In this document: positions 38,312 to 46,806 of the stretch, one piece after another
Layout: each line of letters opens with the position of its first letter
How positions within the stretch are numbered: position 1 is the first letter of the stretch
IMG/VR virus record: IMGVR_UViG_3300045995_000345
Coordinates: 9,025 to 73,024 of that record
Source of the DNA: a virus
Length of the DNA stretch: 64,000 nucleotides
Reading direction: 5' to 3' (one strand)
Notes under the pieces: generated by a model
What the model was told of the DNA's origin: nothing
The model's input: only the letters and a program-made list of their open reading frames with translations
The model's database searches: none
Translations under genes and position numbers: made by a program

Positions 38312-38688
38312 GGTTTTCGTGGTGAGAAGTCCTGACCGTCCAAGTTCGGGCGGTTCGGGTCTTTGGTTTTCGGTTTCGTGATGAACTCGGTGTTGCTGGT
38401 TTTCAGTCCAAGGATCTGCCGGAACTGCTGATTGAGTGCAACCGACATCCCGCCGATGGCCGAGCCAAGGACGATGTTGTAAACGAGCGGGCTCTTGACA
38501 GTCGGAACTTGCTTGGCGATGTCAGCGATGAACGGATAGACCAACGCCCCGACAGCCATCGCGATCATCGGCAGCGCCCAGTCTGGGGGCCACGGTGTTC
38601 GCTTGAGCGCGTACAGCAATAGGTTTATCGCCAAGGCCAATATCAGCGGAGGGCTCGCCTCAAGGAGTGTGTTGATCGTTTCGTTCAT
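38308..38688 (-). CDS. holin-like protein
   Basis: Three hydrophobic segments and a basic C-terminal tail. Confidence 0.65.
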   Translation of the reverse strand: MNETINTLLEASPPLILALAINLLLYALKRTPWPPDWALPMIAMAVGALVYPFIADIAKQVPTVKSPLVYNIVLGSAIGGMSVALNQQFRQILGLKTSNTEFITKPKTKDPNRPNLDGQDFSPRKP

Positions 38689-39062
38689 GCCGGTTTCTGA
38701 GCGGCCGTAACTGCTGCAAGTGCGGCCATTACAGCCGTTGAGTGCGCGGGCACGTCATTGAGCGTTTTCCCCGCCGGCAACCCAAGCACAAGCGCCAAGT
38801 CGTTCAACGTGTTGGCGGCCCAATCGGTGTCATAATTCGCTGGCAGAACGAGCCCGTCACACAGCCCTACGGCCCGGCCCTTAATCGGGTTCGTGAGCGG
38901 GAGCGCGCTCATTACGTTGGTCGCATGTCGAACCAGGGATCCGATCGTGTTGTCCTCGTCCAGTTTCAGGATGCTCGCCGATTTGACGAGGATGCTAGTC
39001 GCCCAGTTCTCCAGACTCTCGCCTTGGAGGTTCATTCCGGTGGGGATAGCGATTCGTGTCAT
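38685..39062 (-). CDS. hypothetical protein
   Basis: 125 aa, ATGA-coupled. Confidence 0.55.
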   Translation of the reverse strand: MTRIAIPTGMNLQGESLENWATSILVKSASILKLDEDNTIGSLVRHATNVMSALPLTNPIKGRAVGLCDGLVLPANYDTDWAANTLNDLALVLGLPAGKTLNDVPAHSTAVMAALAAVTAAQKPA

Positions 39063-39427
39063 GATGTTCTGCTTTCTTCCTTGGCCACCAAGGCGGTTAC
39101 TTTTTCTTTTAGGTCGTTTTCTGCAAGTTTCTGGACAAGGGTAGCGTTTGCCTTGCTGATTTCGAGAACCTGCGCGGTGAGATCCGAGATTTTGTTATCC
39201 AGAGCAGTCTTGGAACTATTCACTGCAACGTGGATCTTCGTTAGTTCGTCGGTCTGTCGCTTCGACTCTGCGTTGATCTTCGCCATGAAAATGCCGATGA
39301 TGCTAGGGACGGCCAGACCAAGAATACCAACCAGCGCCATCAAGATTGGATTCCAGTCGGTTGCCACAGCGGCAGCGCCGAGAGTTGCGAGTTGGCCGGA
39401 AGCCAAGAGTGCTGGGTGATGGATCAT
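39059..39427 (-). CDS. membrane protein with coiled coil (holin/antiholin-like)
   Basis: Transmembrane segment followed by IHVAVNS and a coiled coil. Confidence 0.55.
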   Translation of the reverse strand: MIHHPALLASGQLATLGAAAVATDWNPILMALVGILGLAVPSIIGIFMAKINAESKRQTDELTKIHVAVNSSKTALDNKISDLTAQVLEISKANATLVQKLAENDLKEKVTALVAKEESRTS

Positions 39428-39431
39428 AATA

Positions 39432-39659
39432 TCACCAGTGAATGAAACGAGGGTGATCCGTCACTGTGCCGTTCAGGATGTCGATGATCACCACCACAGT
39501 CAGGATAACGAGGATGACAGTCGCAACCTTCTTCCACGGCTCCGGTGGGTTGATCACCCCGAGCGCCCACCATAGGACCCAGAAGATGATGCCCCACTTG
39601 CACACTTCCCAAAGAAGGGCAGCAAGGCCCCCGCCGCTGATGAGAGCGAGGAGGGTCAC
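39432..39659 (-). CDS. small membrane protein
   Basis: Two transmembrane helices joined by PPEPW. Confidence 0.6.
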   Translation of the reverse strand: MTLLALISGGGLAALLWEVCKWGIIFWVLWWALGVINPPEPWKKVATVILVILTVVVIIDILNGTVTDHPRFIHW

Positions 39660-40018
39660 TTGCCACCCCCGAGCGCAGCCTCCACCGCGTTAGTCACTCC
39701 CAGTTTGTTCGCCTCGGCGATCAACTTGTTGACGAACGCCAGTTCCTTCGCTTGTCGGGCGTTGATCTCCACGATCTCCGCCTGCTTTTGCGCCACCTGA
39801 GCGTCCCATTGTTTCTGGATCTCGTCCCGCTGCTTCAGAAGAAAGTCGTAGCTGAACTGTTTTGCCGGCAGCACCTTCGCCGCGACGATCTCCTGCGGTA
39901 CCGTCTCAACTACTGAGATTGTGCCGCTGTTGACCTTCGTGTAGGTGTTGGTCTGTGCGACCAAAGCGAGACAGGCAACGGCCGATACGCAAAGGGTGAG
40001 TGTGAGTTTCTTGTTCAT
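39656..40018 (-). CDS. signal-peptide-bearing coiled-coil protein
   Basis: MNKKLTLTLCVSAVACLALVA leader. Confidence 0.55.
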   Translation of the reverse strand: MNKKLTLTLCVSAVACLALVAQTNTYTKVNSGTISVVETVPQEIVAAKVLPAKQFSYDFLLKQRDEIQKQWDAQVAQKQAEIVEINARQAKELAFVNKLIAEANKLGVTNAVEAALGGGK

Positions 40019-40081
40019 AGGAGTTGGATTTTCTTCGAGATTTGCTTGTGTTGTATGTTACGCTGTGAAATAATTATCGAC

Positions 40082-40702
40082 ATGTCCTGGAAATACAAAG
40101 ACCGGCCCAGACTTTACCGCATATTTGGCAATATGTGTTCTCGTTGTCGCAATCCCAAATTGCCAAGTTTTCCCAATTATGGAGGACGTGGTATTTCTGT
40201 ATGCCCCGAGTGGAAGCGTTACAAACCATTTGAACAATGGGCTTTGAACAACGGATATGAAGCTGGACTGACCATTGAACGCATTGACAACAATGGAAAT
40301 TACTCTCCCGAGAATTGCACATGGATTACACATTCGCAACAGACTAGAAACAAAAGAACCAATAGTCACATTACCATTTTTAATGAGACTAAAACTGTGG
40401 TTGAATGGTCGGAAGACTCCCGTTGTAAAGTTTCCAATTCCTTGTTTCGGAACAGACTGCGTAAACAATGGAATCCCGAAGACGCCCTTACTGAGCCTAA
40501 GCAAGCTATTGCAAAACAAGAATCTCGATTGATTACCCATGCAGGCAGAACTCTGACACTCTTTAATTGGTGTAAAGTCCTTGGTTTGAAACCGGCCGCT
40601 ATCTACGCGAGATGCTATCGGGGACTTACCCCAAGGGAGATTCTGGCTCCCGTTAAGAGAGTTGCCGCTTACGGATCTAAGAAAGTTACTCACAAGACTT
40701 AA
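40082..40702 (+). CDS. free-standing HNH homing endonuclease
   Basis: RC.NP....YGGRGISVC.EW and TIERIDNNGNYSPENC.W motifs; AT-rich and antisense to the flanking operon. Confidence 0.85.
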   Translation: MSWKYKDRPRLYRIFGNMCSRCRNPKLPSFPNYGGRGISVCPEWKRYKPFEQWALNNGYEAGLTIERIDNNGNYSPENCTWITHSQQTRNKRTNSHITIFNETKTVVEWSEDSRCKVSNSLFRNRLRKQWNPEDALTEPKQAIAKQESRLITHAGRTLTLFNWCKVLGLKPAAIYARCYRGLTPREILAPVKRVAAYGSKKVTHKT

Positions 40703-41982
40703 ATCTTCTTGATGACCGCCTCAGCCGAGTAGGTGCAGCCCGTGAATGTGCCCGTCGTCGCGATGGTAATTGTTGTGTTGGCTTTAACTCGCAGGTGCAG
40801 TGCCACGCCCTCGTAGGGAACTGCTCCATTGGCGAAGTTGACGATCGCCACTGAAGCTCCGGCCAGCGTGATGAACGGCAAGGTGAGCGTTCGAGCGGTA
40901 TTGCCCTCATCCGTGTAGACACAGGTGACGGTGAAGTTCTCCGTGCCAGAAGTTGTTACCAGAACATTAGCCGACACCTCGTAGCTCCAGTCCGATGGTC
41001 CAGCGGTATGAGTCGCAACCGAAGCGTTGGCTGCTGTCTGAGCCGTCACCCGTCCGGTAGTGGTGGTCACGATCTTGCTGCGGACTGCACCAGTGGTCCG
41101 CGTGAAGTAAAGGGTATCAGTCAGAAACTCCATCGCTCCAGCTTCAGCCGTGGTAGTCAACGTGCCGGAAGTGAATTTGAGCGGTGCTGTATTAGCCGTA
41201 GCTGTGCCGGCTTTCAGCATCACGACTGCGGTTGGTTCGGGCGTCCCCAACCCGACGTTGCCGCTTTCTCTTATGACCATTGCTGTATTGGGTGTTCCAC
41301 CCTTACTGACAACGAATTTTATGGCATTTTGGTCGGTGCCGTTTATTCCGGCAGGAACATATCCCACCACTCTCGCTGTTCTAGCCGCAACACTAGTTTG
41401 GAAATCAAGAGACCCGAACTCCCTATCGCTTGGGTCTGAACCTGGCGTCAGTCCTATATTCGAGACGATAAGTTTCTTGAATGTCGAGTTGCCACTGTAG
41501 GACAGATGCAGCAAATCGCTCGGCGTCAGCGTCCCGATCCCAACATTCCCATTCGTCGTCGCAAGCGTCGTCGTGTAAATCAGGTTCGACATCGCATTAG
41601 CCCTGTCGCTCGCCGTCGCGAACTCGCCGAGGAAGTTGGCTTTGTGGAGGTCACCAATCCCACCCCGTTCAAGCCAGCGCCCGGCATACCCCGTGGGCTT
41701 GAACACCGAGTTAGTGTTGGTGGCCGTGGAGGAACTGGCGTCGTAGTAGAACAGGCCGCCCAGACCATCTGTAGCCGTGGCCCGCCCAAGGGTGAAGACA
41801 TCCGGGGTCGTCTGGCTGGGCGCGACCAGCACCAGTTGCGCTGTCGTGTTGACCACACGGGGGACGCGTATGGTTGGGGTGGCGATTGCCGCGCCGAACA
41901 GGTCGCAGAGCGCGAGCACGCCGCCCAGTAGTGAACCAATGATGTAACCCCGCAAGAAGCAGAGTGAGAAGTTGCGTTTCAT
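40699..41982 (-). CDS. tail-fibre/spike-like protein with an N-terminal hydrophobic leader
   Basis: DGLGGLFYYD..GRW and two GNVGIGT/GNVGLGT repeats; start reassigned to the ATG at 41982. Confidence 0.6.
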   Translation of the reverse strand: MKRNFSLCFLRGYIIGSLLGGVLALCDLFGAAIATPTIRVPRVVNTTAQLVLVAPSQTTPDVFTLGRATATDGLGGLFYYDASSSTATNTNSVFKPTGYAGRWLERGGIGDLHKANFLGEFATASDRANAMSNLIYTTTLATTNGNVGIGTLTPSDLLHLSYSGNSTFKKLIVSNIGLTPGSDPSDREFGSLDFQTSVAARTARVVGYVPAGINGTDQNAIKFVVSKGGTPNTAMVIRESGNVGLGTPEPTAVVMLKAGTATANTAPLKFTSGTLTTTAEAGAMEFLTDTLYFTRTTGAVRSKIVTTTTGRVTAQTAANASVATHTAGPSDWSYEVSANVLVTTSGTENFTVTCVYTDEGNTARTLTLPFITLAGASVAIVNFANGAVPYEGVALHLRVKANTTITIATTGTFTGCTYSAEAVIKKI

Positions 41983-41983
41983 G

Positions 41984-42580
41984 TTAGAAAGAGGTAATGC
42001 GAACCCATTGGCCGGTTCCTGGATCGTTGATGACATTCACGGCGTCTGGAGTAAGAGTCTGCGACATAGAGCCCCGGAACAACCCGCTCCGGCCGAGTCC
42101 GGCGGAGTCGTAAACCATCATGGGGAGCCCTTCGATTGTCACTGTCTGTGAACCAATATCGGTGAAGTTTACCCACACTCCAGTACCAGTCGCGTTGGTT
42201 GTTCCCCCCGCCATCGTGGTGCCCGAAACACTGATGGATGCTGTGTCGCTCGAACTGATGGGAATTGTGTTGCCCGATAAGCCAGGCACGGTGGCGATTA
42301 CGTAAACTCTCGTTCCGGTGTACGATGCGTAGAGAAAATTGATCGGATTCCCGAGGGTGGCATCTCCAATCGCTGAACCGAGAATGTTTCGGCACGCGTT
42401 GATGGCATTGCTTAGGGACTTTGCCACATCGAAGGTGCTGTTGCCGGAAAAGTCTGTGCCGAACGTATAAGTCCGGAGCCCAGCCGTAATGGTCATCCCG
42501 ATGGCTGGAACAGCACTGACCGTGAAGTAGCCGGTGGCCGGAAGGCCAAACGGCATGTAATATGTAAAACCAGGATTCAT
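41984..42580 (-). CDS. putative virion structural protein
   Basis: 198 aa, Thr/Gly-rich beta protein (ATG.FT, GNTI.IS..SGTTMAGG). Confidence 0.55.
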   Translation of the reverse strand: MNPGFTYYMPFGLPATGYFTVSAVPAIGMTITAGLRTYTFGTDFSGNSTFDVAKSLSNAINACRNILGSAIGDATLGNPINFLYASYTGTRVYVIATVPGLSGNTIPISSSDTASISVSGTTMAGGTTNATGTGVWVNFTDIGSQTVTIEGLPMMVYDSAGLGRSGLFRGSMSQTLTPDAVNVINDPGTGQWVRITSF

Positions 42581-42763
42581 CGCATCCTCTTGTTTTCAGA
42601 TTGTTTGGAACGCTTTACTGCATTGGATGTTCCTTTAATCCCTGAAGAAGAGTTTAGTCAAGCGAAGTTTCTTGAAATAGTCCATTGACCTGATTGGGCA
42701 CAAGAGTATTTTGGAAGCATGAAAATCAGCCAGAGACAGTAAAACACCAACCTCACCATCACC
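42581..42763. promoter_or_regulatory. divergent promoter region (late versus recombination operon)
   Basis: AT-rich gap between divergent genes, with TTGACC on the + strand (~42685) and TTGACT on the - strand (~42661). Confidence 0.55.
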
Positions 42764-44113
42764 ATGTCTGAGCAGCAACAAACCAAAGCACTCTCAACGA
42801 TCGATACAGCGAAGTCGTTCCTCGCGGACCCGGCGCTCCTGGCGCAAATCAGGGTCGCGTGTTCGCGCACCATGACCCCGGAGCGGGTTGCGCGAATTGC
42901 CCTCACGGCGGTCCTGTCCTCACCGAAGCTGGGCCAGTGTTTCATGACGAAGCCCGGGAAGGCGTCCATTGCCAAGGCGCTGATCACGGCCAGTCAGCGC
43001 GGGCTGGAATGCGACGGCAGGCAGGGGCACCTCGTTCCGTTCAACTGCAAGCAACCGGACGGCACCTCGGCAATGACCGCCCAATTCCTGCCGGGTTACC
43101 AGGGCTTGATCGACCTCGCCTACAACCATCCCAACGTCGGCGCAATCTGGGCGGAAGCCGTGTTTGAGAAGGACGAGTTCGCCTACCGTAAGGGATTGGA
43201 CCGAGAGCTGAGTCACGTCCCCTACGCTGGCGAGGATGATCCCGGTCCGCTGGTGGCGACTTATGCTGTCTGCGAAATGAGGAGTGGATCGAAGGTGTTC
43301 GTGGTTCTGTTCCCTCGCGACATCAAAAAGATCATCGCCTTCTCCGCCAGCGCCGCCGGCGAAGATTCGATCTGGAAGAAGCACCCGGAGTCCATGTGGA
43401 AGAAGTCGGCCATTCGTGCCCTGTGCAAGTACATCCCGCAGTCCAACGAGCTGCGCGACCTGCTGAACGACGAAGACGAAATTGACCGCTCGATTGGTGG
43501 AACTTCCCTTGGCGGATCCTTTGCGGACATGAAGCCGGCGAACGTGACGCCGTTGCCGCAGGTGGGGGATGCGATGACGGCCACGCCTCCGGTGGCAGCC
43601 ACTCCGTTGCCGCCGCAACCCCAACCTCCGGTCGCAGTCACCGCTCCGCCGCCGGTTGCCGAACCTGCCAAGCGAGGCCCTGGCCGTCCTAGAAAGCCAG
43701 TTTCCAGCGACATGCCTACGGATGTCACTCCTCCGGCTGAACCCGAAACCGATGCTGCTCCGTCCGATCCTGCGCTTCCTCCGGACTCAACTCCTGCTGC
43801 TACCGAGCCTGAACTTCCAGCCGAAGACTTCATCAACGTCACCCGCGCCACCGACCCGGCCAGCAACCACCACAAGCTGATGCTGGCGGTTGAGGGCGTG
43901 GACGTCCCGGTCAAGATCACGGATCTCGCCGGGGCTGTAACCACGTCCAGCCGCAAGGCCACGTTCAAAGACTTCCGCGATCTGGCAATCGGTTCGGGCT
44001 GGTTTGGTGAGACCGTTAAGAACTGGCCCTCTGTGCCGCAGGAGATTGCGGACATGCTTGTCGTCAGGCAGAAGGCCCTGGCGAAGAAACTCGCTGACGC
44101 GGCCACAGCCTAA
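42764..44113 (+). CDS. recT: RecT/Beta-family recombinase with a Pro-rich C-terminal extension
   Basis: PERVARIALT, GHLVPF, PGYQGLIDLAY and W..H.ESMWKKSAIRALCKYIP motifs. Confidence 0.9.
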   Translation: MSEQQQTKALSTIDTAKSFLADPALLAQIRVACSRTMTPERVARIALTAVLSSPKLGQCFMTKPGKASIAKALITASQRGLECDGRQGHLVPFNCKQPDGTSAMTAQFLPGYQGLIDLAYNHPNVGAIWAEAVFEKDEFAYRKGLDRELSHVPYAGEDDPGPLVATYAVCEMRSGSKVFVVLFPRDIKKIIAFSASAAGEDSIWKKHPESMWKKSAIRALCKYIPQSNELRDLLNDEDEIDRSIGGTSLGGSFADMKPANVTPLPQVGDAMTATPPVAATPLPPQPQPPVAVTAPPPVAEPAKRGPGRPRKPVSSDMPTDVTPPAEPETDAAPSDPALPPDSTPAATEPELPAEDFINVTRATDPASNHHKLMLAVEGVDVPVKITDLAGAVTTSSRKATFKDFRDLAIGSGWFGETVKNWPSVPQEIADMLVVRQKALAKKLADAATA

Positions 44114-44128
44114 CCCGCTCTACAACCC

Positions 44129-45250
44129 ATGGAAGACGAGCGCAAAGGTTGTCCGTCGGCTTCCGGTATGCAGCGGTACGCGCTGTGTGCCGGGAGCTGG
44201 CCCTTGGAGCAGAGCCTCTCCATTCCCGAGTTCACATCTGAATGGGCTGAGTCCGGCACTCGCATTCACGATTACGTTCGGCTTGGGTTACGCGGCACAG
44301 ACGAATCTGCGAAACTCAAGGATGATGCGGAGCGCGAGACTGGCTCTGCCATTCTTGAGCAGACCAAGGTGCTGATCGAGGACGCCATCACGCACTGGGC
44401 CGATGGTGGAAGGCCAACGGAATACACGGAGGTCCGCCTCTGGGACACGCCGCTGTCCAGCATTACTGGCGGTAAGACCTATTCCGGGAAGTTCGACCTT
44501 ATGCTGATCGATTCCAGTGGCCAGCGAGCCATCCTGATCGATTACAAGTCCGGCTGGGGTGAAGTCCCACCTGCCGACCAGAACCTTCAGATGCGCTGTT
44601 ACGCGGCCCTGGCGCGCATCAACTACAACGTCCGCAGCATCATCGTAGCCATCGTTCAGCCCAACAAAGGAAAGCCATCCGTGGCGCATTACAGCGAGAC
44701 GGACTTGGTTGAGTCGGTGAAGTGGATTCGCGCAACCATCTCTGCCTGTCACGAACCTGGTGCGCCACGAAAAGCCGCAGCCGCAGCCTGCAAATACTGC
44801 AATGCCAAATCGAAATGTCCCGAAGCCACTGAAGTCCTTATGAACCTCGCCACCGGAGTTATCCCCAGCGATTTTGCGTCTGCCCTTGAGCAGACTGAGA
44901 TCGCCAAGCTCGTCATCAAAGACATCGAGCAACGCGCCAAAGCGGAACTCGAAAAGGATCCAGCCTGCATTCCTGGCTGGCACCTGAAGCCGGGCAACAC
45001 TCGGCGCACGGCGCCTGAAGTTACCAATGTCCAACAACGGGTGGTTGACCTGCTGCCGTTGGAGAAGTTCCTGCCGTGCTGCACGGTGGCGATTGGCAAG
45101 CTGGAGAAGGCTTACAGCAAGAGCGCCGGGCTCAAAGGAGAAACTGGCAAGAAGGCGCTGGAATCCAGGCTGGGTGAACTGATCGTCAAGAAACAGAACG
45201 CCCCCACGCTGGCGCGAGTCGGCGCTGAGGACGAAGAAGGAGAGGAGTGA
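44129..45250 (+). CDS. PD-(D/E)XK exonuclease, DUF2800/Cas4-like
   Basis: SAS...C.GS, GTRIH, GKFD, IDYKSG, QM.CY and CKYC....C motifs. Confidence 0.85.
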   Translation: MEDERKGCPSASGMQRYALCAGSWPLEQSLSIPEFTSEWAESGTRIHDYVRLGLRGTDESAKLKDDAERETGSAILEQTKVLIEDAITHWADGGRPTEYTEVRLWDTPLSSITGGKTYSGKFDLMLIDSSGQRAILIDYKSGWGEVPPADQNLQMRCYAALARINYNVRSIIVAIVQPNKGKPSVAHYSETDLVESVKWIRATISACHEPGAPRKAAAAACKYCNAKSKCPEATEVLMNLATGVIPSDFASALEQTEIAKLVIKDIEQRAKAELEKDPACIPGWHLKPGNTRRTAPEVTNVQQRVVDLLPLEKFLPCCTVAIGKLEKAYSKSAGLKGETGKKALESRLGELIVKKQNAPTLARVGAEDEEGEE

Positions 45251-45255
45251 ACATC

Positions 45256-45426
45256 ATGAAGCTGACCAAAGAACAATCATCCGAAATGCTCGACGCAGCC
45301 AAGCCGCTCATCAAGTGGCTCAACGAAAACTGTCACCCGCACTGCGAAGCGCACGTGAGCCAGACCACCGTTGAACTCAATGAGGTGATTGCCAGCAACA
45401 TCACCAACGAATACCTGCGAGATTAA
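45256..45426 (+). CDS. small hypothetical protein (56 aa)
   Basis: MKLTKEQSSEMLDAAKPLIKWLNENCHPHC...; GAGGAG upstream. Confidence 0.6.
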   Translation: MKLTKEQSSEMLDAAKPLIKWLNENCHPHCEAHVSQTTVELNEVIASNITNEYLRD

Positions 45427-45439
45427 CACCGTAATTCCC

Positions 45440-45601
45440 ATGCGCAAATTCATCGACAGCGCCGCCTTCCCGTGGGTGGTAACCATCGGGGCAGCCTTGC
45501 TGGTGCTCGCGCTCCGGGAGCTGGGCGTCACGTCCACGCTGGTTCTTCTGGCCGTCTGGTTCGGAATTGGACTTGGCGCCATGTCACTCCGCTTCAAATA
45601 G
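45440..45601 (+). CDS. small membrane protein (53 aa)
   Basis: Two hydrophobic segments. Confidence 0.5.
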   Translation: MRKFIDSAAFPWVVTIGAALLVLALRELGVTSTLVLLAVWFGIGLGAMSLRFK

Positions 45602-45603
45602 CC

Positions 45604-46443
45604 ATGCGCTTCCTGCTCCCATTGATCCTGTGCTACAGCGCCAGCGCCGCTGACTTGATGGATGGCATCGTAAAGGTGGAGTCCGGGGGCAGGAACGGCG
45701 CCAGGGGAGACAAGGTCCACGGCGTTCCGCATTCACGCGGCAAGACCCAGATCCAGAAGGACGCGTGGAACGATGCCTGCAAGCGTCTGCATGTCAGGTG
45801 GCGCTGGGAAACGGACGCGCACGATCCAGCCAAGACCATGATCGTTTCACGCAACCACCTCGACTGGCTGCGAGTTCAGTTCAAGTCCGCGACCGGAAGA
45901 TCTCCCAGCGTTGCGGACGACTACGCACTCTGGAATCTGGGTTTCCAAGGGTACGCACGCCGGGGATTGCGCATTACGAATACCCCGAAGAGAACGCAGA
46001 GGGCTGCGTCTGAGATTTCTCCCACCGCGCTCCGGGTAACACCGACGGCAAGATTAGGGATGGCCGCAACTGCGCGGGAAGGCGCGGCCCCCAAACTCGT
46101 AACGGGTAAATGCGGTCGAACCATGACCAACAGCGAGGACAGAGGTGACAGCCGGGAAAGACCGGCAACCGTCCTACCCCTCCCGTCCGCCAACAACATC
46201 AAGGAGTCCGACCCAATCGGGGCGTTGGGGAACACAGACAACGCCATTCACAAACTCGGATCAAGGACGGGAGGCTCCCTTTCCCCCGCGCCCGCAGAGC
46301 TGGGATTTACTTCCAAACGTAAAACGCCCAGTGAAGCGAGCAAACCTGCCCAGCTTGTGCTGAAGCAGGGCGGGGCCACTTTCCATCCCGCGTTGGCGAC
46401 CAGCGAAACGGCCGACAAGGCGACAGTGCGGACCAGTCGCTAA
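45604..46443 (+). CDS. secreted lysozyme-fold (SLT/i-type-like) muramidase
   Basis: Signal peptide, VESGG..GD, G.TQI...W.DA and LWNLG; the last ~140 codons look non-protein-like. Confidence 0.65.
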   Translation: MRFLLPLILCYSASAADLMDGIVKVESGGRNGARGDKVHGVPHSRGKTQIQKDAWNDACKRLHVRWRWETDAHDPAKTMIVSRNHLDWLRVQFKSATGRSPSVADDYALWNLGFQGYARRGLRITNTPKRTQRAASEISPTALRVTPTARLGMAATAREGAAPKLVTGKCGRTMTNSEDRGDSRERPATVLPLPSANNIKESDPIGALGNTDNAIHKLGSRTGGSLSPAPAELGFTSKRKTPSEASKPAQLVLKQGGATFHPALATSETADKATVRTSR

Positions 46444-46453
46444 CGCGGGATGC

Positions 46454-46617
46454 TTGACTTCCTGAAATACTCAGTTACTCCTTGAGTGAGTCCGAAAGGA
46501 TTCACATCGACTCAACCCGGTGAAGACAGACACGACAATTCCGAACCTCCCACACGTTGGGGCAAGACGCCAGTCCTGCCCGGTTGAGCAGCGCGTGGGA
46601 GGTTCTGAGGTGTCACG
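46454..46617 (+). promoter_or_regulatory. structured leader RNA, copy B (C4/CI antisense-like architecture)
   Basis: TTGACT at 46454; CATCG-ACTCAACC-CGGTG at 46505-46522; stem 46543-46559/46589-46605 with bulge GGTTGAG at 46582-46588. Confidence 0.7.
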
Positions 46618-46806
46618 ATGAAGTTGATATTCAGCAAGCAGGAGATCGCGCAGGCGGTCGAAGTTTACTGGGGCGGCGAATTACTCAACGCGGCAGAGAA
46701 TTACACGGAGGGTGAGTGTGGTGTTTTTTACGACATGGAAACCGGGGAAATAACCGCTGAGATTGAGATCACCCAAAAGTCGTTGAGTGAAAGGAAGGCC
46801 GAATGA
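46618..46806 (+). CDS. small acidic hypothetical protein
   Basis: GAGGTG RBS; ATGA-coupled to the initiator. Confidence 0.6.
   Translation: MKLIFSKQEIAQAVEVYWGGELLNAAENYTEGECGVFYDMETGEITAEIEITQKSLSERKAE

Noticed and set aside
44129-45250. Cas4-like nuclease as a CRISPR component
   Set aside because: It is adjacent to RecT and fits the standard phage recombination exonuclease role.
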